Virus record (IMG/VR): IMGVR_UViG_3300046723_000260
Location: 8,243-72,242 of that record
Strand: one strand, 5' to 3'
Length of the DNA: 64,000 nucleotides
Origin: a virus
Below the pieces are notes generated by a model, which saw nothing but the letters and a program-made list of their open reading frames with translations, was not told where the DNA came from and did not search any database. Positions 54,112 to 62,194 of the stretch are shown one piece after another. The position numbers and the translations under genes were made by a program. Each line of letters begins with the position of its first letter. Position 1 is the stretch's first letter.

Positions 54112-54264
54112 GAAATACCTGGAGGGGCTCGGCACGACTCGCGAGGTCTCCGGCGCGGACTTATAGGGGTCCGCCGAACCGGGCGACACCGCCGCCCACG
54201 AAGGGCGGACAGGACGTCCGGGGAAGGTTCTGAGAACCGGCCCCGTAGCTTTGAGGAGAGACTG
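54112..54264 (+). other. Multi-hairpin intergenic region after the MCP gene
   Basis: Stems GCGGAC/GTCCGC, CCGCCC/GGGCGG, CGGGG-GGTTC/GAACC-CCCCG. Confidence 0.4.
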
Positions 54265-54846
54265 ATGGCGGCAGCGGCGAGGAAGCTCCAACCGACGACG
54301 GCGAAGGTCGAGACCCGGGCGGCGCCGCGCGCCTCCGGGGCGACGGTCACGGTCGGCTGCAAGGTCGGGCTCGGGATGTACCTGCAGCTCCAGAACAGGC
54401 GCGAGGAGACCGAGGACACGCCGGGCGGCACGCGCAAGCGCGTCTACCACGACAAGGTCGGCGTCCGTTACCACGTCGCCGGCCCGGAGCGGCCGCGCGG
54501 CTCGCCGCCGGCGGGCTACAAGATGCCGATCGTCGTCTCCGGCGCGGCGCTGACCTCCAACATCCCGGCCGACTTCTGGGACAAGTGGCTGGAGCAGAAC
54601 AAGGACGCGCCCTACGTCACCGGCGGCTTCGTGTTCGCGCACTCGCGGCGCTCCGACGTCGCGGACGAGGCGCGCGAGAAGGTCGGCCTGACGACCGGGC
54701 TCGAGCCGCTCAACCCCGAAAACGACGCGCGGATGCCGAAGCCGATCGGCTCGGGCGTCGGCGGCATCAACGTCGCGGACGAGATGCGGCCGCGCCTGCG
54801 GAGCGCCCAGGAAGAGCTGGAGGAGGCGGACGCGGACAGCGTCTGA
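54265..54846 (+). CDS. Conserved head-region protein
   Basis: TVTVGCK...G..L...ALT.NIPADFWDKWLEQN.D...V..G.VFA...TGLEPL.P. Confidence 0.75.
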   Translation: MAAAARKLQPTTAKVETRAAPRASGATVTVGCKVGLGMYLQLQNRREETEDTPGGTRKRVYHDKVGVRYHVAGPERPRGSPPAGYKMPIVVSGAALTSNIPADFWDKWLEQNKDAPYVTGGFVFAHSRRSDVADEAREKVGLTTGLEPLNPENDARMPKPIGSGVGGINVADEMRPRLRSAQEELEEADADSV

Positions 54847-54945
54847 ACTCCCTCGATGGCGGGCAAGGTCAGGGAGTTCTGGGAGCTTAAGAAGGGCCAT
54901 CCCCTGGTCGCGAGCGGGCACCTCCTGCTGAAGGAGGACTGAGCC

Positions 54946-55425
54946 GTGGCCGCGGTCGTCACCTACAGCTACGCGACGTGGACCGGGATGTTTCCCGAGT
55001 TCTCCGGCTGCACCGACGCGCAGGGCCTGGGCTTCTTCAACCGCGCGACGCTGATGTTCACCAACACGCAGGGCAACCCGGCGTTCTGCGACGGCAACAT
55101 GGAGGCGCTGCTCTACCTCCTGACCTCGCACGTCGCCTGGCTGAACGCGCCGCGCGACGCGAGCGGCAACCCGGCGGCGAGCGGCCAGCCCGCGCCGAGC
55201 GTGGTCGGTCGGATCTCCAACGCCAGCGAGGGCTCGGTCTCGGTCGCGACCGAGTGGAACGGCTCCGGCTCGCCGTCGCAGGCCTGGTTCCTGCAGACCC
55301 GGTACGGCGCGGAGTTCTGGCAGGCGACGGCGCAGTACCGCGCCGCGCGCTACCAGGCGCGGCCGACCGTGGTCGGCGACGTCGCCTTCCCGGGGCCGGG
55401 CTTCGTCCGCGGCGGGAGGTGGTGA
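54946..55425 (+). CDS. Head-tail adaptor (DUF4054-type)
   Basis: FPEFS...LLYLLTSHVAWL...VGRISNASEGSVSV...WFLQTRYGAEFWQAT..YR. Confidence 0.85.
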   Translation: MAAVVTYSYATWTGMFPEFSGCTDAQGLGFFNRATLMFTNTQGNPAFCDGNMEALLYLLTSHVAWLNAPRDASGNPAASGQPAPSVVGRISNASEGSVSVATEWNGSGSPSQAWFLQTRYGAEFWQATAQYRAARYQARPTVVGDVAFPGPGFVRGGRW

Positions 55426-55940
55426 TGCGGCTCTCCGGGGGCGAGAAGTTCGAGGCGGCGATCCGCGACATCGCGTCGAAGCTCGCCGGCGGGGCGTCGA
55501 CGCTCCGGGTCGGCTTCCTGGAGGGAGCGACCTACCCGGCGCGGCCCAAGGCGGCGCTCCGGAAGGCGTACGCGAAGAAAAAGACCGCGGGAGCCATCGA
55601 GGGCAGCCCCGGGACGATCAACGTCGCCAGCGTCGCGTTCTTCCAGGAGTTCGGCACCGGGACGATCCCGCCGCGGCCGTTCTTCCGGACCATGATCCGC
55701 GAGAAGAACGCGGAGTGGGGTCCGGCGTTCGCGACCCAGCTTCGGCTCACCGACTACGACGTACCGCGTTCGATGGAGATCCTCGGCGCGGGAATCGCGG
55801 GCCAGCTCCGCGAGAGCATCATCGAGACCAACTCGCCGCCCTTGGCGGCGTCGACCGTAGCGCGTAAAGGATTCAGCAAGCCGCTGATCGACACCTCGCA
55901 CATGATCAACTCGATCGACCACGCGGTCGTCGAACGATAG
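55425..55940 (+). CDS. Neck/tail completion protein
   Basis: LRVGFLEGATYP...VA..QEFGT..IPPRPFFR...PPLA.ST..RKGF.KPLIDT.HM.NS. Confidence 0.85.
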   Translation: MRLSGGEKFEAAIRDIASKLAGGASTLRVGFLEGATYPARPKAALRKAYAKKKTAGAIEGSPGTINVASVAFFQEFGTGTIPPRPFFRTMIREKNAEWGPAFATQLRLTDYDVPRSMEILGAGIAGQLRESIIETNSPPLAASTVARKGFSKPLIDTSHMINSIDHAVVER

Positions 55941-55951
55941 GAGCCGAAACG

Positions 55952-56227
55952 ATGGTCACGAAGAACACTCTCTGGGAGACCGCGAAGGGCGAGCTGCAGT
56001 CGGACAAGTTCGACACGCTCGGAACCAAGTCGGGCGGCACCATCGGCTTCTCCGGCAACACGCCGATCCCGCCGCCCGCGGCGCAGACCCCGGTCACGCT
56101 GACCCCGCCGACCAGGGTGACGGTGACCAGCGCCTACGGCTTCCAGACCGGCGCGCAGTTCAACGCCCTGCTCAGCACGGTCAACGCCATCGTCTCGCTG
56201 CTCACGACCCGGGGCGACTGGAAGTGA
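55952..56227 (+). CDS. Small putative fiber-like protein
   Basis: IGFSG.TP...AYGFQTGAQFNALLSTVNAIVSLL...G. Confidence 0.6.
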   Translation: MVTKNTLWETAKGELQSDKFDTLGTKSGGTIGFSGNTPIPPPAAQTPVTLTPPTRVTVTSAYGFQTGAQFNALLSTVNAIVSLLTTRGDWK

Positions 56228-56228
56228 G

Positions 56229-57191
56229 ATGCGCTGGATCGCGTCGTTTCCCTGCTGGGGGGAGGAGTACGCGCGCCGCGCGGTCCGCGGCCCGCTCCGC
56301 AGCGTGGTCGAATCGATGCGCCGCGCCGGGATCGCCTCCGACGGCCTGGTCCTGATCAACACCGACGACTGGCGGCACTTCCGGGAGTTCGAGCGCGGCT
56401 GCCCCTACGAGGTCCAGTTCTGGCGCGTCCCGGCCGAGATCAAGCGCGGCAGCGACGAGCAGTACAACATCTTCGGCAACTGCCACCGCCACGCGATCGA
56501 CGCGGCGCGGCCGGGCGACCGCGTCGCCTTCATGTGCGGCGACATGACGGTCTCGCTCGACGCCTTCGCGGCGGCCAAGAGGATCTTCGCCTCCGGCGAG
56601 AAGAAGCTGATCGTCGCGGCGGCGAGCGGGGTCAGCGCCGACGCGCCGCTGCGGGACTCGGCCGGGCTGCTGACCTGGTCGATGGCGAACCTGGCGCCGA
56701 TGTGCCGCGACCTGTTCTGGGGCACGGGCAAGGGGCTGTTCCCGTGGTGCGTCTACTTCCAGCACCGGGGCGGGATCGACTTCCGCGGCTTCCACCTCCA
56801 CCCGGCGTTCTGCGTCAAGCGCGAGGGCCTGACGTTCCGCGGCTCGACGGTCGACTACGACATCTCCTCGCAGTTCGAGGAGGCGGAGATCCACGTCGCG
56901 CGGGATCCGCGCGAGATGGCGATGGTCGCGCGCGCGGTGCCGGGGACGCGGGACAGCGGACACATCCGGATCGGCACGCTCGCGCTCGTGACCTGGGCGG
57001 TCTCGATGGGGCGGTTCGCGCTGCCGCGGCACTTCTGGCAGTTCGCCCAGCAGATCACGCTCGTCGGCGAGCCCGACCCGGACAACCAGCGGCTCGCGGA
57101 CCGGACGCTGCGCTGGATCGACCGCGCGAGGCGCGGCGCCGAGCGGCGGCAGGCGCTCGAGTTCTACCGGGCGGCGAGGAGGGCGGCGTGA
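56229..57191 (+). CDS. Hypothetical protein, possibly GT-A-like
   Basis: CWGEEY...L.S...INTD...H..AI...F..GD pattern; inserted among the neck genes. Confidence 0.5.
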   Translation: MRWIASFPCWGEEYARRAVRGPLRSVVESMRRAGIASDGLVLINTDDWRHFREFERGCPYEVQFWRVPAEIKRGSDEQYNIFGNCHRHAIDAARPGDRVAFMCGDMTVSLDAFAAAKRIFASGEKKLIVAAASGVSADAPLRDSAGLLTWSMANLAPMCRDLFWGTGKGLFPWCVYFQHRGGIDFRGFHLHPAFCVKREGLTFRGSTVDYDISSQFEEAEIHVARDPREMAMVARAVPGTRDSGHIRIGTLALVTWAVSMGRFALPRHFWQFAQQITLVGEPDPDNQRLADRTLRWIDRARRGAERRQALEFYRAARRAA

Positions 57192-57772
57192 ACCTCCACG
57201 GCGTCGTCCAGGGCAACATCACCGCGGTCAACCCGACGGTCCCGGTCGGCCTGCGCGTCAGCACCGGGCAGGAGGCGACCTCGCCGGACGGCAAGCGCGT
57301 CCCGCTGTTCGCGACGCCGGGCGAGTTCACCGGCACGATCGCGGGCGGGATCCTGACGGTCACGGCGGTCGGCGCGGGCAGGCTGCTGCGCGGCCAGGCG
57401 CTCGCCGGCGAGACGGTCGCGGCGGGGACGACGATCCTCGGGCAGATCTCCGGCAACGCCGGCGGCGTCGGGGTTTACTCGGTGAGCGGCAGCCAGGTCG
57501 TCGCCGAGGAGCTGATGACGACCTCGCTCGCGGTGCCGGCGCAGATCCAGGCGCTGACGTTCCGCGACATCACGCAGATCGAGAGCCTCAACCTCCAGGG
57601 CACGCGGCGGGCGATCTACTTCTACGGCGCGGTCGACGGGCTGGTGCGCCCGGGCGGCAAGGGCGGCGACCTCGCGACGTTCCCCGACGGGAGCGTGTGG
57701 CTGGTCGCGATCGTGCTAGAAAGCTGGCCGGACTGGTGCAAGGTCGCGGCGACGCTGCAGAACAACGGATGA
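57188..57772 (+). CDS. Head-closure/neck protein with inserted beta domain
   Basis: NLHG.V...I.AVNP...DG.RVP...QIQAL...LNLQG..RAIY..G...G.VR...KGGDL..FPDG..WLV..VLE.WPDWCKV..TLQ. Confidence 0.8.
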   Translation: MNLHGVVQGNITAVNPTVPVGLRVSTGQEATSPDGKRVPLFATPGEFTGTIAGGILTVTAVGAGRLLRGQALAGETVAAGTTILGQISGNAGGVGVYSVSGSQVVAEELMTTSLAVPAQIQALTFRDITQIESLNLQGTRRAIYFYGAVDGLVRPGGKGGDLATFPDGSVWLVAIVLESWPDWCKVAATLQNNG

Positions 57773-57780
57773 GGGCAACC

Positions 57781-58404
57781 ATGCCGAAGCTGGCACAGTT
57801 CACGGTCTCCTTCTTCACCTTCGCGATCCTGGCGCTGCTCGTCGCCTTCCTCGCGCTCGCGTCCCCGACGCGGGCCGGCGACGCGGTGGTCCGCGGCGAG
57901 CCGGTCGTGCCGCTCGGCAACTGCCAGCTTTCGGCGACGCAGCTCTCGGCCTCGGTCGGGCTCTCCGTTTGCACGCGCTCGGCGTTCACCGGCACCGGCT
58001 CGGGCACCAACCTGACGACGACGTCGGTGACCGGCGTGATCCTCAAGGGAGACACCGTTTCGGGGACCGGAGTTCCTGCCGGCACCACGATCGTGTCGCA
58101 GACCTCGGGGACCGCCGGCGGCGCCGGCGTCTACGTGACGAGCGCCGCGACGACCTCGTCCGGCGCGAGCCTGACCTCGGGCGGCATCCCGCCCGGCGCG
58201 ACGATGGCGTACCTCCAGGGCGAGGTCGCCGACGTCCGCTGGCGCGACGACGGCGGCGCCCCGACGACGGCGATCGGCAACCTGATCCACGGCGGCACGA
58301 TCGGGACCAACTTCCCGGGCCTGTTCTACCGCGGCACGCTCTCGCAGATCCGCTTCATCGGGGCGAGCGGGAGCCCGCTGCTCAACGTCGCCTTCTACCG
58401 ATGA
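57781..58404 (+). CDS. Signal-peptide/TM protein carrying the inserted beta domain
   Basis: Hydrophobic N-terminus; IPPGA..AYLQ.E.ADVRWRDDG.APT. Confidence 0.65.
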   Translation: MPKLAQFTVSFFTFAILALLVAFLALASPTRAGDAVVRGEPVVPLGNCQLSATQLSASVGLSVCTRSAFTGTGSGTNLTTTSVTGVILKGDTVSGTGVPAGTTIVSQTSGTAGGAGVYVTSAATTSSGASLTSGGIPPGATMAYLQGEVADVRWRDDGGAPTTAIGNLIHGGTIGTNFPGLFYRGTLSQIRFIGASGSPLLNVAFYR

Positions 58405-59144
58405 TCCAGATCAGCCCGACCGACGGCGACGTCTTCACGGCGCTCCGCGGCTTCCTCGTCGCGGCGCTCCCCGACGGCGTCGACGTCGTCCAGGGCCAGC
58501 AGAACCGCGTCCCGGAACCGCAGGCGGGCAGCTTCGTCGTGATGTGGCCGCTCAGCCGGCCGCGGCTCGCGACCAACGCCGACGCCTTCCAGGACAACCT
58601 GTTCACCGCCTCGATCGCGGCGGGCGTCATGACCGTGACCTCGGTCGAGCAGGGCGCGGTGCTCGCGGCGAGCTCGCCGCTGTTCGGCGTCGGCCTCGAC
58701 CCGGCGAGCAAGGTGATCTCGCAGACGACCGGGTCGCCGGGCGCCGCCGGGACCTACGCCGTCTCGCCGCCGCAGAACGTCGCCTCGCGGCCGATGGCGA
58801 CCGGCCAGGTGCTGGCGACCCAGGAGACGGAGATCGTGATGCAGGTCGACGTCCACGCCGACGACCTCGCGACCGCGGGCAACCTCGCGGCGACCATCGC
58901 GACGCTGTTCCGCGACCCGTACGCCTCGGACTTCTTCGCCGCCAACGCGACCGCCGTCGCGCCGCTCTACGCCGACGACCCGCGCCAGAGCCCGTTCCTC
59001 GACGCGGAGCAGCAGTACGAGTCGCGCTGGACGGTCGACCTTCACCTGCAGGCGAACCAGACCGTCACCGGCGTTCCGGTCCAGTTCGCGGGCGCGCTGT
59101 CGGTCGAGCTCGTCTCGGTCGACGCCGCTTTTCCGCCGGCGTGA
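58401..59144 (+). CDS. Tail terminator/completion protein with inserted beta domain
   Basis: VFTALR.FL...VVQGQQNRVPEP...FVVM.P...RLATN...QVDVH...TLFRD...PLYADDP.Q.PF...QQYE.RW. Confidence 0.8.
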   Translation: MIQISPTDGDVFTALRGFLVAALPDGVDVVQGQQNRVPEPQAGSFVVMWPLSRPRLATNADAFQDNLFTASIAAGVMTVTSVEQGAVLAASSPLFGVGLDPASKVISQTTGSPGAAGTYAVSPPQNVASRPMATGQVLATQETEIVMQVDVHADDLATAGNLAATIATLFRDPYASDFFAANATAVAPLYADDPRQSPFLDAEQQYESRWTVDLHLQANQTVTGVPVQFAGALSVELVSVDAAFPPA

Positions 59145-59198
59145 CCTTCTCGCCGGAATCGTGTTAGGAACCGAAACGACGCTACGGAGGGGTTAGAG

Positions 59199-60959
59199 AT
59201 GTCCACGATTCCCGCCTCGGAACTCGTACAAGTCACGCCCAGCGTCATCGGGGCCGGCGGCACCGCGGTCGACGTCATCGGCCTGCTCCTGACCTCCAGC
59301 ACGCGGCCGCCGGTCGGCTCGATCCTGACGTTCTCCTCCGCCGCCGACGTCTCGACCTACTTCGGGGCCGCCTCGCTCGAGGCCGCGCTCGGCGCGGTCT
59401 ACTTCGCGGGCTTCAACGGCAAGAACAAGATCCCGGCCTCGATCCTGTTCGCGCAGTACAACGCCGCCGCCGTGTCGGCCTACCTCCGCGGCGCGGCCTA
59501 CGGCCTTACGCTCGTCCAGCTCCAGGCGGTCAGCGGCACGCTCGCCGTCGTCGTCGACGGCTTCTCCTTCAGCGCCGGCGCGCTCAACCTCTCGGCGGCG
59601 ACGAGCCCGTCGTCGGCCGCGGCCATCATCCAGACCGCGCTCAACGGCGGCGCTCCCGCGGGGGCGTCGTTCACCGGCGTGATCTCGACGACCACGCTGA
59701 CGACCTCCGCCGTGACCGGCACCATCGCGGCCGGCCAGACCGTCGCGGGCGTCGGCGTCGCGGCGGGGACGGTGATCCAGTCGCAGATCGGCGGCACGCC
59801 GGGCGGCGCGGGCACCTACGCCGTCAACAACTCGCAGAGCGTCGGCAGCGAGGCGATGACCTCGGCGGCGACGCCGGTCGTCGTGAGCTACGACTCGGTC
59901 TCCGCGGCGTTCGTCGTCACCTCGGGGATCACCGGGGCGGTCTCGACCATCGCGTTCGCGACCGGGACGACCGCGGCGACGCTCAAGCTGACCTCGGCGA
60001 CCGGGGCCGTGACCTCGCAGGGCGCGGCGGCGGCGACGCCGGCGGCGTTCATGAACGCGATCATCGCGCAGACGACGAACTTCGTGACGTTCATGACGAC
60101 GTTCGACCCTGACCCGAGCGGCAACACCAACAAGCAGGCGTTCGCCGCCTGGAAGAACACCGCGCTCGGCGGCAACCGCTTCGCCTACGTCTGCTGGGAC
60201 CTCGACGCCTCGCCGACGACCTCGGTGCCCGCGGCGGCGAGCCTCGGCCAGATCCTCCTGGCGAACTCCGACTCGGGGACCTGCCTGCTCGACGGCGACG
60301 CGGCCTCGGGCTGGAACGCGACGGCGGGGGCGACGCTCGCGGCGTTCGTCTGCGGCGCGGCCGGCTCGATCGACTTCGAGCAGAACAACGGGCGCATCAC
60401 GTTCGCCTACAAGGCGCAGGACGGACTCGCCGCGACGGTGACGACGCAGACCGTCGCCGACAACCTCGGCGGCAACCCGCAGACCTCGAGCCGCGGCAAC
60501 GGCTACAACTTCTACGGCGTGTACGCGACGGCGTTGATCTGGCTCCAGCGCGGCTTCGTCACCGGCGCCTACCTCTGGCTGGACAGCTACATCAACCAGG
60601 TCTGGCTCAACAGCTCGTTCAAGGCGGCGATGCTGAACCTGCTGCAGAACTCCAAGTCGGTGCCCTACAGCACGGCGGGCTACGCGCTGATCGAGAACTC
60701 GCTCGCGGCGACGATCCAGGCGGGCCTCAACTTCGGCGCGTTCGGGCCGGGCTCGATCTCGGCGACGCAGATCGCGGAGGTCAACGCGCAGGCCGGGAGC
60801 GACGTCTCGGGCCCGCTGCAGACCCAAGGCTGGTATCTCCAGGTGCTCGACGCGAGCTCCAGCGCGCGCGCGGCGCGGACCACGCCGCCGGCGACGTTCT
60901 GGTACCTCGACCGCGGCTCGGTGCAGTCGATCAACCTCGCCAGCGTGGCGGTCCAATAG
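59199..60959 (+). CDS. Contractile tail sheath (DUF3383-type)
   Basis: TIPAS.LV.V.P.V..AGG...YFG..S.EA...YF.GF...A.LRG...SIDF...NGRITFAYK.Q.GL...NGYNFYG.YA...W.DSY.NQ.WLN...PY...G...FWY.D.GSVQ.I.LAS..VQ. Confidence 0.92.
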   Translation: MSTIPASELVQVTPSVIGAGGTAVDVIGLLLTSSTRPPVGSILTFSSAADVSTYFGAASLEAALGAVYFAGFNGKNKIPASILFAQYNAAAVSAYLRGAAYGLTLVQLQAVSGTLAVVVDGFSFSAGALNLSAATSPSSAAAIIQTALNGGAPAGASFTGVISTTTLTTSAVTGTIAAGQTVAGVGVAAGTVIQSQIGGTPGGAGTYAVNNSQSVGSEAMTSAATPVVVSYDSVSAAFVVTSGITGAVSTIAFATGTTAATLKLTSATGAVTSQGAAAATPAAFMNAIIAQTTNFVTFMTTFDPDPSGNTNKQAFAAWKNTALGGNRFAYVCWDLDASPTTSVPAAASLGQILLANSDSGTCLLDGDAASGWNATAGATLAAFVCGAAGSIDFEQNNGRITFAYKAQDGLAATVTTQTVADNLGGNPQTSSRGNGYNFYGVYATALIWLQRGFVTGAYLWLDSYINQVWLNSSFKAAMLNLLQNSKSVPYSTAGYALIENSLAATIQAGLNFGAFGPGSISATQIAEVNAQAGSDVSGPLQTQGWYLQVLDASSSARAARTTPPATFWYLDRGSVQSINLASVAVQ

Positions 60960-60968
60960 GGGAGCAAC

Positions 60969-61400
60969 ATGGCCTCGATCACTTCCGCCAACGCCGTCGT
61001 AACGCTGTCGGTGCCGCCGCTGTTCGTCGTGCCGCAGCAGCTCCAGGGCTTCGCGGCCGACGACGTCTTCGACGTCCCGGAGATCAAGTCGGTCGAGACC
61101 CTGATGGGCGTCGACGGCAAGCTCTCGGGCGGCTTCGTCTACGTCGCGATCCCGCAGCAGATCACGCTGCAGGCCGACTCGCTGTCGAACGACTTCTTCG
61201 ACACGTGGTGGACGCAGATGCAGGCGGCGAAGGACGTCTACGTCGCGCTCGGCATGGTGACGCTGCGCTCGATCGGGACCAAGTTCGTGATGACCAACGG
61301 CTTCCTCACCGGCTACAAGCCGACGCCCGGCGCGAAGAAGATCCTGCAGCCGCGGCGCTTCGAGATCACATGGGAATCGATCGTCCCCTCGCCGACGTGA
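60969..61400 (+). CDS. Tail tube protein (DUF3277-type)
   Basis: ITSANA...L...P.QLQGFAADD.F...E..MGVDG.LSGG.V...I.LQADS.S. Confidence 0.88.
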   Translation: MASITSANAVVTLSVPPLFVVPQQLQGFAADDVFDVPEIKSVETLMGVDGKLSGGFVYVAIPQQITLQADSLSNDFFDTWWTQMQAAKDVYVALGMVTLRSIGTKFVMTNGFLTGYKPTPGAKKILQPRRFEITWESIVPSPT

Positions 61401-61567
61401 ATTGCCGTTGGTGCGGGCTGACCCACGGGCCGCGCTGCCCGATGGTGAAGGCGCTCGACTTCGCGGACGACGGCGCGACCGTGCTGCGGGTCGAGTTCTT
61501 CTCGCCGCGCGACTTCAACGCGGAGCCGATCGCGCCGCCGGAGTATCCGAAGAAAACCGCGGGGTGA
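61397..61567 (+). CDS. Small Zn-binding protein
   Basis: CRWCG..H..RCP.VKA. Confidence 0.45.
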   Translation: MNCRWCGLTHGPRCPMVKALDFADDGATVLRVEFFSPRDFNAEPIAPPEYPKKTAG

Positions 61568-61570
61568 GGC

Positions 61571-62035
61571 ATGCGAAGGTCCGAGGTCGTCAAGGTGCCC
61601 GCGGAGTGGGGCAGGCGCGACGCCGGCAAGATGTTCATGATCACCGAGAAGCCGGCGACCGCCGCGGAGAAGTGGGCGTGGCGGCTCTTCATCGCGGTCA
61701 AGGGCACGACCGCGCAGATCCCGCCGGAGCTGGAGCAGCTCGGCATGGTCGGCGTCGCGATCCGCGGCATCAACTCGTTCCTCGCCGCCGACGTCGACTT
61801 CGCCAAGATCGAGCCGCTGCTCGACGAGATGATGGAGTGCGTGAAGGTCGTGCGCGACCCGGCGCACCCGGAGCTCGCGACCGACCTCACGAGGCTGGAC
61901 GACGTCGAGGAGGCGCAGACCGTGACCTGGCTCCGCAACGAGGTCTTGAGGGTCCACACAAATTTTTCCTTCGCCGAGCAACTGTCCCGGTTGATCTCGG
62001 CGATCACGACGACGGGAAGCTCCTCGGCTACGTGA
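61571..62035 (+). CDS. Tail assembly chaperone (gpG-like); a -1 frameshift product would extend to 62193
   Basis: RDAGK.F.ITE..A..AE.WA.R...PLLDEMM.CV...D.EE..T...LR.EVL.VH..F; slippery A-AAT-TTT at 61960-61966. Confidence 0.85.
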   Translation: MRRSEVVKVPAEWGRRDAGKMFMITEKPATAAEKWAWRLFIAVKGTTAQIPPELEQLGMVGVAIRGINSFLAADVDFAKIEPLLDEMMECVKVVRDPAHPELATDLTRLDDVEEAQTVTWLRNEVLRVHTNFSFAEQLSRLISAITTTGSSSAT

Positions 62036-62194
62036 ACGTGCCGCCGAGCGTCGGCGCCGCGATCTCGGCCGACAAGTCGCTGGCGCTGCCGCTGTCCCAG
62101 GCGATGGGGCTGGAGGACCTGTACGACGTGCTGGAGGTGCTCCAGGTCGACGCGCACAACAGGCGCGTGATCGCGCGCCGCGAGGAGGAGTAGG

